A stretch of DNA of 64,000 nucleotides from Patescibacteria group bacterium. GTDB lineage: Bacteria > Patescibacteriota > Microgenomatia > UBA10105 > UBA927. Of the stretch, positions 18,061 to 28,588 are shown piece after piece. How positions within the stretch are numbered: position 1 is the first letter of the stretch; each line of letters opens with the position of its first letter. The DNA is taken from the NCBI GenBank assembly GCA_018821245.1, contig JAHJMO010000002.1, positions 9,231 through 73,230 on the forward strand. The letters are read 5' to 3'. Under the pieces are notes generated by a model that saw nothing but the letters and a program-made list of their open reading frames with translations, had not been told where the DNA came from and ran no database searches. A program made the translations under genes and the position numbers.

Positions 18061-19026
18061 TTAGTTACTTGGATAAAACTCCTGCCATACATAATTCCCA
18101 AATACCCAATCAATAAGCCCCGATGTGTCACTAAACCGATCCTTGCTTTTCAATACCACGATGATAACGCGGTGGCCATTCTTCTCTATAAGCGTAATGA
18201 GATTTTCCCCTGCCTCTTCCGTCCATCCTGTCTTGATGCCTCCGACGCCGGGAATTTTTCCTAAGAGCTGATTGACATTTTTGAGGGAATGAAAATATGT
18301 GTGGGTGACGTCGGAAACGGTAATTTGGGGAATCGCAACCATCTTGGCGATGGTTTTATTACGAAGCGCTACCTGAGAAAGCCTCATGAGCGCCAAAGGC
18401 GTCGTTTTATGGCCCTCATCATCATATCCCACAGGATTTGTGAATGAACTATTGGACATGTGCAAATCCTGCGCTTTAACATTCATCGCCGCAACAAATG
18501 CCTCTGCTCCTCCGGGGTAATTATCCGCAAGGGCGTATGCTGCGTCATTGCCGGATTGAATAAGCGTTCCGTACAAAAGATTTTCGACAGAGATACGCTC
18601 TCCGGCCACCAAACCCATCGTTTGACCGGCATTAGCAACGTTTTTAACCGTCATGACGTCATCAAGTTGATACGCGTCAAGAGCTACTAGTGCGGTCAAA
18701 ATTTTTGTCGTCGAAGCAGGTGCCAGAGGCGCTTCTTCGTTTCTTTTGTACAGGAATACCGCCGAATCAACGTCAAAAACCACCACTCCCGCGGCGCTAA
18801 CTTCCTCCCCCGGATAGATCCCGGTGCGGTTCACCGGATACGGCGCCGGAGACGGCATGGGAACAGGGAGCGGACGGATGAGGGGTCGGCCGGGTGTGTA
18901 CGCGCTCGTGTATACGTTTTGCCCGGGATACCCTAGGAAAAAAACCACAAAAAATACCAGGAACACTATTCTATCCCATGATTTTTTCCACCATTTGTGC
19001 TTATAGATGATCTTCTTTTTGGACAT
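18061..19026 (-). CDS. D-alanyl-D-alanine carboxypeptidase (peptidase S11)
   Basis: PASTTK (SxxK), SGN and KTG motifs. Confidence 0.92.
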   Translation of the reverse strand: MSKKKIIYKHKWWKKSWDRIVFLVFFVVFFLGYPGQNVYTSAYTPGRPLIRPLPVPMPSPAPYPVNRTGIYPGEEVSAAGVVVFDVDSAVFLYKRNEEAPLAPASTTKILTALVALDAYQLDDVMTVKNVANAGQTMGLVAGERISVENLLYGTLIQSGNDAAYALADNYPGGAEAFVAAMNVKAQDLHMSNSSFTNPVGYDDEGHKTTPLALMRLSQVALRNKTIAKMVAIPQITVSDVTHTYFHSLKNVNQLLGKIPGVGGIKTGWTEEAGENLITLIEKNGHRVIIVVLKSKDRFSDTSGLIDWVFGNYVWQEFYPSN

Positions 19027-20454
19027 TTATGAACCTTTGGAGAATTTGTCTGTTTTTGATTTGCGCTTGCCAACAACGACAATACCCAATTCACGAAGCT
19101 GATAGCCGGATGCGCTACTTGGGGCGTCCATGACGCTTGTGGTTCCTGATGCGGATGCAGGAAACGCCATAACCTCCCTAACGTTCGGCTCACCCAATAT
19201 GGCCATAAGGAGCCGGTCGATACCGGGAGCAATACCGCCGTGCGGCGGCACGCCGTAGGTAAACGCCGTCAACATGTGCTCAAATTGGACTTTTTGCTCA
19301 CCCGTAAATCCAATAAGGTCAAATACTTTCTCCTGAATCTCTGCCTGGTGAATACGGATGCTTCCGCCGCCAACCTCAAAACCGTTTAACACCATATCAT
19401 GCTGAAGCCCCCGCACTTTCGTGGGGTCAGTATCAAGAAACGGAATATCGTCAGGATGCGGGGCGGTAAACATGTGATGGGAAGGGGCAAACTTAGCCCT
19501 TCCTGAACCATGATAGAAGTCCTCCTCGGACTGCTCGGTAAACAACGGGTAATCGATAATCCAGGCAAAGGCAAGTTCGTCCGGATCCTTTTTATCCATT
19601 CGCAGATCGGGTTTGTCCGTCCCGTACTTCTCCCGTGCAACTTTGTGCGTGAGACGCGGCCACGGGCTTGCCGACAGATGCTTATCCGGAAACAACTCTT
19701 GAACCAGCTTCGTAAACAGTTCTTCCGCAAGCCTCAAAATATCTTCCTGAGTGACAAACGACATCTCCACATCTAACTGTGTGAATTCGCCGTAGGCACG
19801 GTCGCGCCGGGGATCTTCATCCCGGAAACAACGGGCAATTTGAAAATACCGCTCAAGCCCTGCAACCATAAGAAGCTGTTTATATTGCTGGGGAGACTGA
19901 GGCAAGGCATAAAACTTACCCTTCTGAAGCCTGGAGGGCACAATAAAATCCCGCGCGCCCTCGGGCGTGGTTTTGGTCAAGATGGGTGTTTCCACCTCAA
20001 CAAAATCGCGCGCAAGTAAATACTCCCTGATAAAGGCAACGGTGCGCGAGCGCATGCGTAAGTTTCTCGTGATCCGGGGACGGCGTATGTCTAAATATCG
20101 GTACTTTGCACGGATTTCTTCCTCTATCTCATAGCCATCAGTGTCTATGGGAAAAGGCAACGGCTGTGCGCGGCTGACAATCGTCAGCTTTTTGACTTCT
20201 ACCTCAATCATTCCTGTGGGTATCTTCGGGTTGACGAGATTCTCCGGCCTCTTTTTGACCAACCCCACTACTTCGACAACCGACTCGGCAGGAGCATCTC
20301 CCAGACCTTTCGTTGCTACCATTTGTACGATACCCGACCGATCACGCAGATCCAAAAACATGATTTTGCCGTGATCGCGGCGGCTTTGAATCCAACCCTG
20401 CAAAATAACCTCTCTGCCGATTTGCTGTATTGTTTCCGAAACTAATGTACGCAT
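19027..20454 (-). CDS. aspS: Aspartate--tRNA ligase (short form)
   Basis: RDHGKIMFLDLRD, PQSPQQYKQLLM, CFRDED, PPHGGIAPGIDR. Confidence 0.95.
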   Translation of the reverse strand: MRTLVSETIQQIGREVILQGWIQSRRDHGKIMFLDLRDRSGIVQMVATKGLGDAPAESVVEVVGLVKKRPENLVNPKIPTGMIEVEVKKLTIVSRAQPLPFPIDTDGYEIEEEIRAKYRYLDIRRPRITRNLRMRSRTVAFIREYLLARDFVEVETPILTKTTPEGARDFIVPSRLQKGKFYALPQSPQQYKQLLMVAGLERYFQIARCFRDEDPRRDRAYGEFTQLDVEMSFVTQEDILRLAEELFTKLVQELFPDKHLSASPWPRLTHKVAREKYGTDKPDLRMDKKDPDELAFAWIIDYPLFTEQSEEDFYHGSGRAKFAPSHHMFTAPHPDDIPFLDTDPTKVRGLQHDMVLNGFEVGGGSIRIHQAEIQEKVFDLIGFTGEQKVQFEHMLTAFTYGVPPHGGIAPGIDRLLMAILGEPNVREVMAFPASASGTTSVMDAPSSASGYQLRELGIVVVGKRKSKTDKFSKGS

Positions 20455-20493
20455 AGCTTAATTTTAGTGATCAAACCCGATATTAACAAGCAC

Positions 20494-22179
20494 CTATAAC
20501 CGGATGTCCTTGATCTTGAGCTGCAGGCTGCTGTTCCCGTTCCAATGGTTCATGTCGACGGAATATGCAATATCAACCAAATCTTCCCGTCTCAATTGAC
20601 CATAAAGATGACCAAAGTTAAAGGCTATCGCATCAACAGGCAAATTGTTATATTGTTGAATTGTTACATTGTTAGAAGACAAACGCAGTTTAAGGTGTTT
20701 GCCGTCTTTCCCCACCAACCGTGCGTCTCTCACTAACACGTTTCGCGTGGCAAATACCGGCTCCGGATTACCGAACCCGAACGGTTGAAGTTCCTGAATG
20801 CCCTGCCAGAGTTTTTCGGAAAGCACAGCGAAAGGAATTTCTGCGTCTATTGGAAGAACACGTGTGAGCAACTCTGTGTTAAGCTTGCGATCCACAATAA
20901 TCTCCAGCCGTTTTTGAAGCTTTTTCAACAATTTGGTTTCTACGGTAAATCCGGCCGCCATAGGATGCCCTCCGGCATCAACCAAGAGGTCGCTGCAGCT
21001 TCTGATGGCCTCGATGATATTAAAACCGCGGATGGAACGCGCGGAAGCTTTTGAATAAATCCCGCTTTTGGCTACCACAATAGAGGGGCGATAGAACTCT
21101 TCAACCAACTTTCCTGCAACTAAACCAATAACACCCTGGTTATAAGATTCATCGGCAATAAAGATAAGCTTCTTTCTTAAGGCCTGGCCTTTACCTTGAA
21201 AGGCCAGGCATTTAAAGGCATTACGTGTCATCTCTTCGGTCATTTTCTGGCGTTCCTTATTGGTAAATCCTAACTTTTGCGCCAGAATCTTTGCTTTATC
21301 CCTTCGGCGCGTACACAAAAGCCTCAGGGAGTCAAGAGCGTGTTCTATCCTTCCCATGGCGTTAATCCGCGGAGCCAAAACATGGGAAATGCTGTATGTC
21401 CCCAACGTTCCCTTTTCCAATCCCGCATCCTCCATAAGTGCTTCAAGACCAACCCTCTTGGTTTTATTGAGCGCTTCCAGACCGTATTTGGCAATCGACC
21501 GGTTCACTCCAATGATAGGCACCATGTCGGCAATCGTTCCGATAGCTACCAATGCAAGCAGTTCTCCCGCCTCAACACCTGGGGTTGAACGGAGAGGAGT
21601 GGAGCGGAGGAGTTCGCGCGCTACAAACCACGCCACACCGGCACCGGAAAACTCCGTGGTGTGGACTATTATGCATTTGGGAAGCTTTTTGGGCTTGACA
21701 TGGTGATCCGTGATAATAACGTCCATACCCAAACTTTGAGCATAAGCAACTTTCTCTCCTGCTGTTATGCCGTGATCGACGGTAATGATAAGCGTCGGAT
21801 CATAGCGCTGGCGCACCGCGTCAATGCCTTTGACGGACAATCCGTAGCCTTCTTCTTCTCTGTGTGGAATATAGGGCATGACTCGGGCCCCGATGCCATA
21901 CAGCGTCTCCCACAGCACAGCTCCTGCGGTGATGCCGTCTGCATCATAGTCGGCATATACTACGATGGATTCTTTGTCTTTGATCGCTTTGCGAATTCTC
22001 GCGATGGCTTTTTTTAATACCTGCGAATCAATGCCTACGTCTTTTGCTATGAATTCTAATGGATTCTCCGGATGAAGAAAATTTTCAATATCTTTCTTCG
22101 TTGTAAGTCCGCGATTTGAAAGAAGCGCTTGAAGTATGTCCTCCTTTTTTTCACTTAGAATTTTCCACTTCTTCTCCAT
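20494..22179 (-). CDS. recJ: ssDNA exonuclease RecJ
   Basis: DYDADG, TDHH, PRINAMGR, GGHPMAAG, PFGFGNPEP. Confidence 0.96.
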   Translation of the reverse strand: MEKKWKILSEKKEDILQALLSNRGLTTKKDIENFLHPENPLEFIAKDVGIDSQVLKKAIARIRKAIKDKESIVVYADYDADGITAGAVLWETLYGIGARVMPYIPHREEEGYGLSVKGIDAVRQRYDPTLIITVDHGITAGEKVAYAQSLGMDVIITDHHVKPKKLPKCIIVHTTEFSGAGVAWFVARELLRSTPLRSTPGVEAGELLALVAIGTIADMVPIIGVNRSIAKYGLEALNKTKRVGLEALMEDAGLEKGTLGTYSISHVLAPRINAMGRIEHALDSLRLLCTRRRDKAKILAQKLGFTNKERQKMTEEMTRNAFKCLAFQGKGQALRKKLIFIADESYNQGVIGLVAGKLVEEFYRPSIVVAKSGIYSKASARSIRGFNIIEAIRSCSDLLVDAGGHPMAAGFTVETKLLKKLQKRLEIIVDRKLNTELLTRVLPIDAEIPFAVLSEKLWQGIQELQPFGFGNPEPVFATRNVLVRDARLVGKDGKHLKLRLSSNNVTIQQYNNLPVDAIAFNFGHLYGQLRREDLVDIAYSVDMNHWNGNSSLQLKIKDIRL

Positions 22180-22197
22180 ACACGCTATAATACCAGT

Positions 22198-23550
22198 ATG
22201 ATCTCTTTACCTCAATCCGCACAACTGGTTATAAACGCTCTGAAAAAAGCCGGTTATCAGGCGTATGCAGTCGGCGGGTCCGTACGCGATATACTCATGA
22301 ACCGCCCAACGAAAAGCTGGGACTTCACAACCAACGCGACGCCTGAAGAAATTCTTGCCGTCTTTCCCGACAGCTTTTATGACAACCAGTTCGGGACGGT
22401 CGGGGTGAAAATAAAAGCAACAGGAGACGAAACTAAAGATATTTATGAGATTACTACGTTCAGGAGTGAAAAGGGATACAGCGACCGGCGCCACCCCGAT
22501 ACCGTCACATGGGGAAAAACACTTGAGGAAGATCTGTCGCGCCGGGATTTCACCATCAACGCAATTGCCACCGACGGCAAAAAAATAGTAGATCCGTACG
22601 AAGGACAAAAAGATCTGGACTTGAAATTAATCCGTGCAGTCGGCAACCCGCAATTAAGATTCCAGGAAGACGCTTTACGGCTTATAAGGGCTGTGAGAAT
22701 TGCCACAGAATTGGGGTTCATGATAGAACCGGAAACTTTTTTGTCAATTAAAAAATATGCCGGTTTAATCAAAGAAATATCTGCAGAAAGAATAAAAGAT
22801 GAGCTTTTGAAATTATTATCCGCTGTTTTTGCTGCCGATGGAATCCTGCTTCTCAAAAACACGGGGTTACTTAATGTTCTATTGCCGGAACTGGATGCCT
22901 GTTTCGGCACAGAACAAAAAAGCCCACAACGTCATCATATTTTTGACGTTGGTACGCATCTGGTAGAATCACTTAGGCATTGCAAGTCGCAAGACCTAAT
23001 TGTCCGTTTGGCCACTCTTCTTCATGACGTCGGCAAACCACCTACGTTCCACCGGGATAATACCGGTTTAATCACTTTTTACAATCACGAAGTTGTCAGC
23101 ACTAAACTGGTCCGAAAAATCGTCGAGCGCTTACGATTGTCCAATAAACAATCCGAAAAAATAATTATTCTTGTCCGCTGGCACCAATTCTCTGTTGACG
23201 AAAGACAAACCGATTCGGCTCTAAGAAGATTCATAAGACGTGTTGGCAAAGAAAATCTGGACGACATGTTAGCGCTTAGAATCGGAGACCGGCTCGGAGG
23301 AGGAGCCCGAGAGACATCGTGGAGGCTGGAGCTGTATAAAAAACGCCTGGTTGACGTACAAAAACAGCCGTTTACTGTGGCTGATCTCAAAATTGACGGA
23401 TTTGATGTCATGAAGGAATTTGTATGCAAACCCGGACCGCTTGTGGGAAAAGTTCTCAACCAATTATTTTCGGAGGTTGAATCAGGAACGCTCAACAATG
23501 ACCGGAAAACGCTTCTTACAACAATAAAGAAGCTAAAAAAACAACAATAA
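22198..23550 (+). CDS. cca: CCA tRNA nucleotidyltransferase with HD domain
   Basis: VGGSVRD, DLSRRDFTINA, EDALRLIRAVR, LLHDVGK. Confidence 0.88.
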   Translation: MISLPQSAQLVINALKKAGYQAYAVGGSVRDILMNRPTKSWDFTTNATPEEILAVFPDSFYDNQFGTVGVKIKATGDETKDIYEITTFRSEKGYSDRRHPDTVTWGKTLEEDLSRRDFTINAIATDGKKIVDPYEGQKDLDLKLIRAVGNPQLRFQEDALRLIRAVRIATELGFMIEPETFLSIKKYAGLIKEISAERIKDELLKLLSAVFAADGILLLKNTGLLNVLLPELDACFGTEQKSPQRHHIFDVGTHLVESLRHCKSQDLIVRLATLLHDVGKPPTFHRDNTGLITFYNHEVVSTKLVRKIVERLRLSNKQSEKIIILVRWHQFSVDERQTDSALRRFIRRVGKENLDDMLALRIGDRLGGGARETSWRLELYKKRLVDVQKQPFTVADLKIDGFDVMKEFVCKPGPLVGKVLNQLFSEVESGTLNNDRKTLLTTIKKLKKQQ

Positions 23551-24429
23551 TTATCTCTTCCTTCTTTTCTCCCACCGGTCAAGAAAAAGAAGCACAGGGG
23601 TGGCTATAAACGGCGAGGAATACGTTCCGGAGACCGTCCCGATAAGAAGCGCAACGACAAACCATTTGATCGTCACGCCCCCCATCAGAACAAGAGCCAA
23701 CAACATAAACACAATTGTCAGTGAGTTGACGAGCGATCGGTTCATGGTCTCAGTGAGGGCCCGATCGGTGACTTCTTCGAGCGACAAGCCGCGCGAGCGC
23801 TTCATGTATTCCCTGATCCGATCAAAGACCACAATAGTGTCATGCACTGAAAAACTCATGGTCGTCAGAACCGCAGTCACAAAAAGCGTATCCACTTCTA
23901 CGTGCCAAAGCCTCCCGAACAGGGAAAAAGTTCCGACAACGACCAAAAGATCATGCAAAAGCGCGACCACTGCCGCCAAGCCGAATTTGACATTTTTGAA
24001 TGCATAAGCAACGTAGGCAAGGATGGCTCCGATTGCCAACATGGCCGCCATGATGGCCTTTGTCAATAACTCCCGTCCGAGTGTCGGACCCACGGTTTCT
24101 GTCCTAAGAACTTGAGACGGAGATGCCGCACCGGATGCGATGTGGCTCTCCAAAAGAGCAAGGCGATCATCGGTCTCCGGCTTCATGCGTAGTAAATATG
24201 AATTGGCGCCGGATCGCTGAACGCTTGATAGCTCTATGCCGACATCATCCGCCGAGCTTGTAAAAACCACAGGGTCAACCTTTTTGTCAAAAGCTACCTC
24301 AAGAAGCGTCCCTCCGGTAAAGTCTATCGCAGGCACAAGCCCGAAACGGATTAAGGAGTAGCTTCCCGGTATCAGAACAATTCCGGATATAATAACGTAT
24401 AACCAGATATATTTACTGAATCTAATCAT
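23551..24429 (-). CDS. secF: Protein translocase subunit SecF
   Basis: IDFTGGT, VGPTLG, SVHDTIVVFDRIRE. Confidence 0.96.
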   Translation of the reverse strand: MIRFSKYIWLYVIISGIVLIPGSYSLIRFGLVPAIDFTGGTLLEVAFDKKVDPVVFTSSADDVGIELSSVQRSGANSYLLRMKPETDDRLALLESHIASGAASPSQVLRTETVGPTLGRELLTKAIMAAMLAIGAILAYVAYAFKNVKFGLAAVVALLHDLLVVVGTFSLFGRLWHVEVDTLFVTAVLTTMSFSVHDTIVVFDRIREYMKRSRGLSLEEVTDRALTETMNRSLVNSLTIVFMLLALVLMGGVTIKWFVVALLIGTVSGTYSSPFIATPVLLFLDRWEKRRKR

Positions 24430-25798
24430 TTTTATATTGCTTTTCTCTATACAACACCCGTATAAACGTCCGAGTCGCCACGATTCCGGTAAACAAACTC
24501 ATCAAGACTCCTACAAGAAGTGTCGCCGCAAATCCACGGACAAGACCTGAACTGGGAAGAAACTGCCAGTTGCCGGGATTAAAAAGTATAAGAGCTGTTA
24601 TGATGGTAGTAAAATTTGCGTCCCTAATGCTGTCCCACGCCTTTCCAAATCCTAACTCCATGGCGATATACCAAGGCTTCCCTTCCCTGACCTCCTCTTT
24701 GTACCTTTCGAAAATGAGAATATTGCTGTCCACAGCCATTCCGATTGAAAGGATAAACCCCGCTATCCCCGGGAGCGTGAGGGTGATGTCAAACAACCTG
24801 AAAACCGCAAAAGACAACAGTCCATAGAGAATCAACGCGAAGTTTGCCAGAATTCCGAGCCGGCCGTATTGTGCGATCATAAATACGGCAACAGCGGCAA
24901 GCCCGACGACACCGGCACGTATGCTTTTCACGACGGAATCAGCGCCAAGCGTGGCTTCTACTGTCCTTTTTTCAACAACCTTGACAGGAACCGGCAATAC
25001 ACCGGCATTAAGCTGCAACGAAAGAGTCTTGGCCGCATCACGCGTAAAACTACCCGTAATGACTGCTCTGCCATCGGAAATTTCGGTATTGACGCGGGGC
25101 CACGTAAGCGGAAAATCATCCAAAAATATCGCCAGCTGTTTACCAACAAGCCTCCTGGTCACTTCGGCAAACTTTTTTCCTCCGTCATTGGTAAACTCCA
25201 AAGCTACTTCGGGCTCCCCTGTCTGGGAACTAAAGGAAAGCCCAGCACGCTGAAGATCTTTGCCGGTTATACCTACGGATGCGGTATTGGTGAGCGTCGG
25301 CAGGAGAAACGCGGCCCCGGTTGCGGCGGCGGGGTCGGTAAATTCACGAAACTCCAGTCTCGCAGTCGTACCGATGGTTGACACAGCCTGTTCTACGTCA
25401 GTCACGCCGGGCATCTCAACGATGACCCGATAGGTGCCGCTGCCGACTGCTGTCTGCGTGACCGGCTCCGAAACTCCAAAAAAATTAATCCGGCGTTCTA
25501 TAACCTGACGCGCAGACTCCAGGGCATCAATACGATCATTTGCAGCAATGCCCTGCATGTCTGCCTCAAGCACGAGATGGGTGCCGCCGGAAAGGTCCAG
25601 ACCCAAACGGGTTTTGAGTTCTTTGTCGATACGGATTCCGAAAAGATTGAATTGAAGCTTGGGAGGGTTAATCACCCGGTCGACCGATATGCCCTTCCAT
25701 TGAAATTTGACACGATAGTTCTCGGGCAGGTCAATGATTGCCAACAAAATAGCCAAGATAATCAACAAAAAAAATACTCTGCGCGGATTTCTGAACAT
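24422..25798 (-). CDS. secD: Protein translocase subunit SecD
   Basis: LGLDLSGG, GMAVDSNILIFER. Confidence 0.96.
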   Translation of the reverse strand: MFRNPRRVFFLLIILAILLAIIDLPENYRVKFQWKGISVDRVINPPKLQFNLFGIRIDKELKTRLGLDLSGGTHLVLEADMQGIAANDRIDALESARQVIERRINFFGVSEPVTQTAVGSGTYRVIVEMPGVTDVEQAVSTIGTTARLEFREFTDPAAATGAAFLLPTLTNTASVGITGKDLQRAGLSFSSQTGEPEVALEFTNDGGKKFAEVTRRLVGKQLAIFLDDFPLTWPRVNTEISDGRAVITGSFTRDAAKTLSLQLNAGVLPVPVKVVEKRTVEATLGADSVVKSIRAGVVGLAAVAVFMIAQYGRLGILANFALILYGLLSFAVFRLFDITLTLPGIAGFILSIGMAVDSNILIFERYKEEVREGKPWYIAMELGFGKAWDSIRDANFTTIITALILFNPGNWQFLPSSGLVRGFAATLLVGVLMSLFTGIVATRTFIRVLYREKQYKND

Positions 25799-25813
25799 AC
25801 AAATGTAGTGGTG

Positions 25814-26395
25814 TCAACCCACCAGCTCTTCCTCGTCCCCCACAAGCATGACCCGCGATCCCTGTAGGATCGAAAGGATAAACGGATCCCTACGGCGTTT
25901 GCGAAACTCAAACTCTTCTTCTGTCATCACTGTATAGTTAAGCTCCCGTTCCTGACGTACTTCCTCGGTTTTCACTAGCTGTGCCAATTCGGGCAAAACC
26001 ACAATACCTATGATCAACAGGTCTATATCGTTGTTGGAATGACGCGGCAGGTGACGCACAAAACGGCCGGACAGCATAGCATACTTAATCTTTCCAACTT
26101 TCGCTTTATGTTTAATGAGGGCTCCTCCCAGACCGGTCGTCTTGGCGATAAGCTCCATGAGCTCAAAATGCAGAGGGTAGTCCTTGCGGAAATGGTAGAA
26201 AAGACGGTTTGCCCGCGGTTCTTTAGAAACCATCCCCGCTTTCTCCATGTGTGCCAATTCCCGACGTACGGCATTGATCTCCTCGCCGAGTTTGCGCACT
26301 ATGTCGCGCACATGAAAAATAGTTCCGGGAGATGAGAGTAATAACGCCAACATCTTCACCCGGACCCTGGAGATAATTAACGGTTCAAGCAACAT
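25814..26395 (-). CDS. Winged-HTH protein with degenerate nucleotidyltransferase-like C-terminal domain
   Basis: SRVRVKML...HVRDIVRKL.EEINAVRREL, then DIDLLIIG...ELNYTVMTEEEF. Confidence 0.7.
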   Translation of the reverse strand: MLLEPLIISRVRVKMLALLLSSPGTIFHVRDIVRKLGEEINAVRRELAHMEKAGMVSKEPRANRLFYHFRKDYPLHFELMELIAKTTGLGGALIKHKAKVGKIKYAMLSGRFVRHLPRHSNNDIDLLIIGIVVLPELAQLVKTEEVRQERELNYTVMTEEEFEFRKRRRDPFILSILQGSRVMLVGDEEELVG

Positions 26396-26419
26396 AATCC
26401 TCCTTCACCGGGGCAGGAA

Positions 26420-27598
26420 TCAAAATTTCACTGTCGTACCAACAGGCAATATTTCTATCCAGATTGTTCCGCGATTCAGACTCATTTCTTTGCCGCCCGC
26501 ATACAATATCGTTCTGGAAGAACGGTCCGGCTTCTTCCATGTGACCTCTGTCGCCTTGCCGTCTTCAAATAACAAGCCTTCACCGCTGCCAACATTGGCG
26601 TAGAGAAGATGCGCGTGATCATCGACGGGCCCGGTTTCTTTCGCAAACTGTATGATAATCGTTTTTGCTGTCAATTGCTTCTTTGTTTCCAAATCCATGT
26701 GCGGCGCGCCTCCGTTGAACCGCTTGTAGGAGTTGGTGGCCGGATCATACTCCCAACGCACTCCATACTCTGCTTCGTATCCCTTCCAGGCTACAAAGCT
26801 TGCGGAAAATGAAGCACCTCTTTCACTCTCCTTGGCGTCGTCTTTGAACTTCCAGCTGTCAAAGTTTTTGTCCCATGCAACACCCTTTGCGTCCACGTTC
26901 GTCCACCCGCGGCTTGCGGCCAGAGTATAGAGCTTGTCCGTCACACAAACCATGGTATGTTCGGTCGCAACCGCATGATCCAGGCGATCATAGTTGCGGT
27001 AACAGGTCGGAAAAGAAATACCGAATTGATCCATATCCTTAATCTTCCACTGTGTTATCTGACAAAGCGCTTTTGCCCGTTCGTCGACTGTCTCATCATG
27101 GCACAATCCCGCGCCTCCAACGTGGTTATACAAAGCGTCATACTCTAAAACCCAAGGCAAAAAGTATGTACGGGCACTGCGAACCGGTGCCACATTTACA
27201 GACTTTGCCGATATACCGCAGTAGAAAATGCTCATCAATCTGGTAATCCCCCCTTCCGCCACAGCTTCATACACTATGTCAGCCGACGAAAGACCCGACT
27301 GGGGACGGGACTGCGCATGGTTTTCTATCATGATCGCCAAAGGTCTTCGCTTCTCCCATACTTCGCGTTCCTGTTTGGTATACAATTTTCCATTTAGAGG
27401 GCATGATTCTGTCCTGGGGATACTCGGGTCTATATCAAAAGACTCGTCAGGTGTACCGGTTTGCGTCGTAAGAGAAGGGTCGTCGCGTATAATACCGGCT
27501 GCATAAACGTAGCTGAAAATTCCGAAAAACAATCCGGTTGAGATAAGATAGAGCGCTAACCCTATAATAGCTGTCGTGATAAACTGCTGTTTGTTCAT
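26420..27598 (-). CDS. DUF3048-like lipoprotein/exported protein
   Basis: RPLAIMIENH..SRPQSGLSSADIVYEAVAEGGITR, PVRSAR. Confidence 0.88.
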   Translation of the reverse strand: MNKQQFITTAIIGLALYLISTGLFFGIFSYVYAAGIIRDDPSLTTQTGTPDESFDIDPSIPRTESCPLNGKLYTKQEREVWEKRRPLAIMIENHAQSRPQSGLSSADIVYEAVAEGGITRLMSIFYCGISAKSVNVAPVRSARTYFLPWVLEYDALYNHVGGAGLCHDETVDERAKALCQITQWKIKDMDQFGISFPTCYRNYDRLDHAVATEHTMVCVTDKLYTLAASRGWTNVDAKGVAWDKNFDSWKFKDDAKESERGASFSASFVAWKGYEAEYGVRWEYDPATNSYKRFNGGAPHMDLETKKQLTAKTIIIQFAKETGPVDDHAHLLYANVGSGEGLLFEDGKATEVTWKKPDRSSRTILYAGGKEMSLNRGTIWIEILPVGTTVKF

Positions 27599-28074
27599 GC
27601 TGTATGAAAAGAGCGGGCTTTTTTGATAGCCGCCTCCTCCTCCTTCGAAAGCTCAAAATCTTTACCTTTTCCCGCCCGCACTTCTTTGACGTACCAACGA
27701 TTTGCTGTGCGGCTGTACAACGACGTCATGACGATTCCGTTATTTTGGTTGTCCAATAGCGCAAGAGTAAGACTCTGTGCTCCACCCGTGTCGGCAAACG
27801 GATTAAATCTGACAATACCGATACGAGCTATATGCAGCTGGGCATCGGCCTCAAGAACTTCGATACGCTTTTGTATTTCAGCTACTTGATGTTTGAGCTC
27901 TTTCTGGTGGGATAAAATAGATTCCAATATCTCCGTAAGCCCACTTTTAGAAATACCACCGCTTAAGCGGTTGTAATGACGAACCGTCCGAACATGTATG
28001 AAAGTGAGCACTGCCAACCACGCAAAAATTACTACACAAAATATGATTACGGTCAAATTTTCGTTGAACACCAT
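27595..28074 (-). CDS. DUF4446-like membrane protein
   Basis: GIVRFNPFADTGGAQS...ALLD...NGIVMTSLYSR...LSKEE. Confidence 0.85.
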   Translation of the reverse strand: MVFNENLTVIIFCVVIFAWLAVLTFIHVRTVRHYNRLSGGISKSGLTEILESILSHQKELKHQVAEIQKRIEVLEADAQLHIARIGIVRFNPFADTGGAQSLTLALLDNQNNGIVMTSLYSRTANRWYVKEVRAGKGKDFELSKEEEAAIKKARSFHTA

Positions 28075-28163
28075 TGGTATTCAATATCTTACGATTTGAG
28101 GCCGTCACTTGTCAATCCACCAATAGAGTCTGTTTCCACAAAAACAGCTTAGCAATATGGAAG

Positions 28164-28193
28164 TTGACAAGGCTAGATAAGCTGTGCTACGCT
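28164..28193 (+). promoter_or_regulatory. Sigma70-type promoter
   Basis: TTGACA-18 nt-TACGCT, with ACAGCTTA/TAAGCTGT inverted repeat around the -35. Confidence 0.5.
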
Positions 28194-28245
28194 CGTGCCC
28201 ACAAGCCTGAAATGAAGCTGACCTTCTTTTCCGGCGAGAAACATC

Positions 28246-28536
28246 ATGCCGAGAAAAACGAGAAGACAAAAACTCTCTGCCGAACATCACAGAAGCAGCG
28301 CGCCTCAACCCCAATCACCACAGGCGACAAGTACCCATATCGATTCCAATTCTTCAAATAATCTTCACGCTGTTTCTTACCGATTCAACGCGTCTACGCT
28401 TCCGAAAACAGAATCCCAGAGGGCAACGACGCCCGTAAGCGGATTTGACGCTATCAAGCGTGACCTTGTCAAAACGCTGATTATTTCTGTTCTTATGATT
28501 GTAAGCGAGTTTATGGTGTCTCGTATCGTTGTCTAG
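28246..28536 (+). CDS. Small hypothetical protein, basic N-terminus and C-terminal TM helix
   Basis: MPRKTRRQK...IKRDLVKTLIISVLMI. Confidence 0.7.
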   Translation: MPRKTRRQKLSAEHHRSSAPQPQSPQATSTHIDSNSSNNLHAVSYRFNASTLPKTESQRATTPVSGFDAIKRDLVKTLIISVLMIVSEFMVSRIVV

Positions 28537-28588
28537 CATCAGGGATGGCATGATAATGTGTACTCCGGAAGGGAGGTGAAATAATAAT

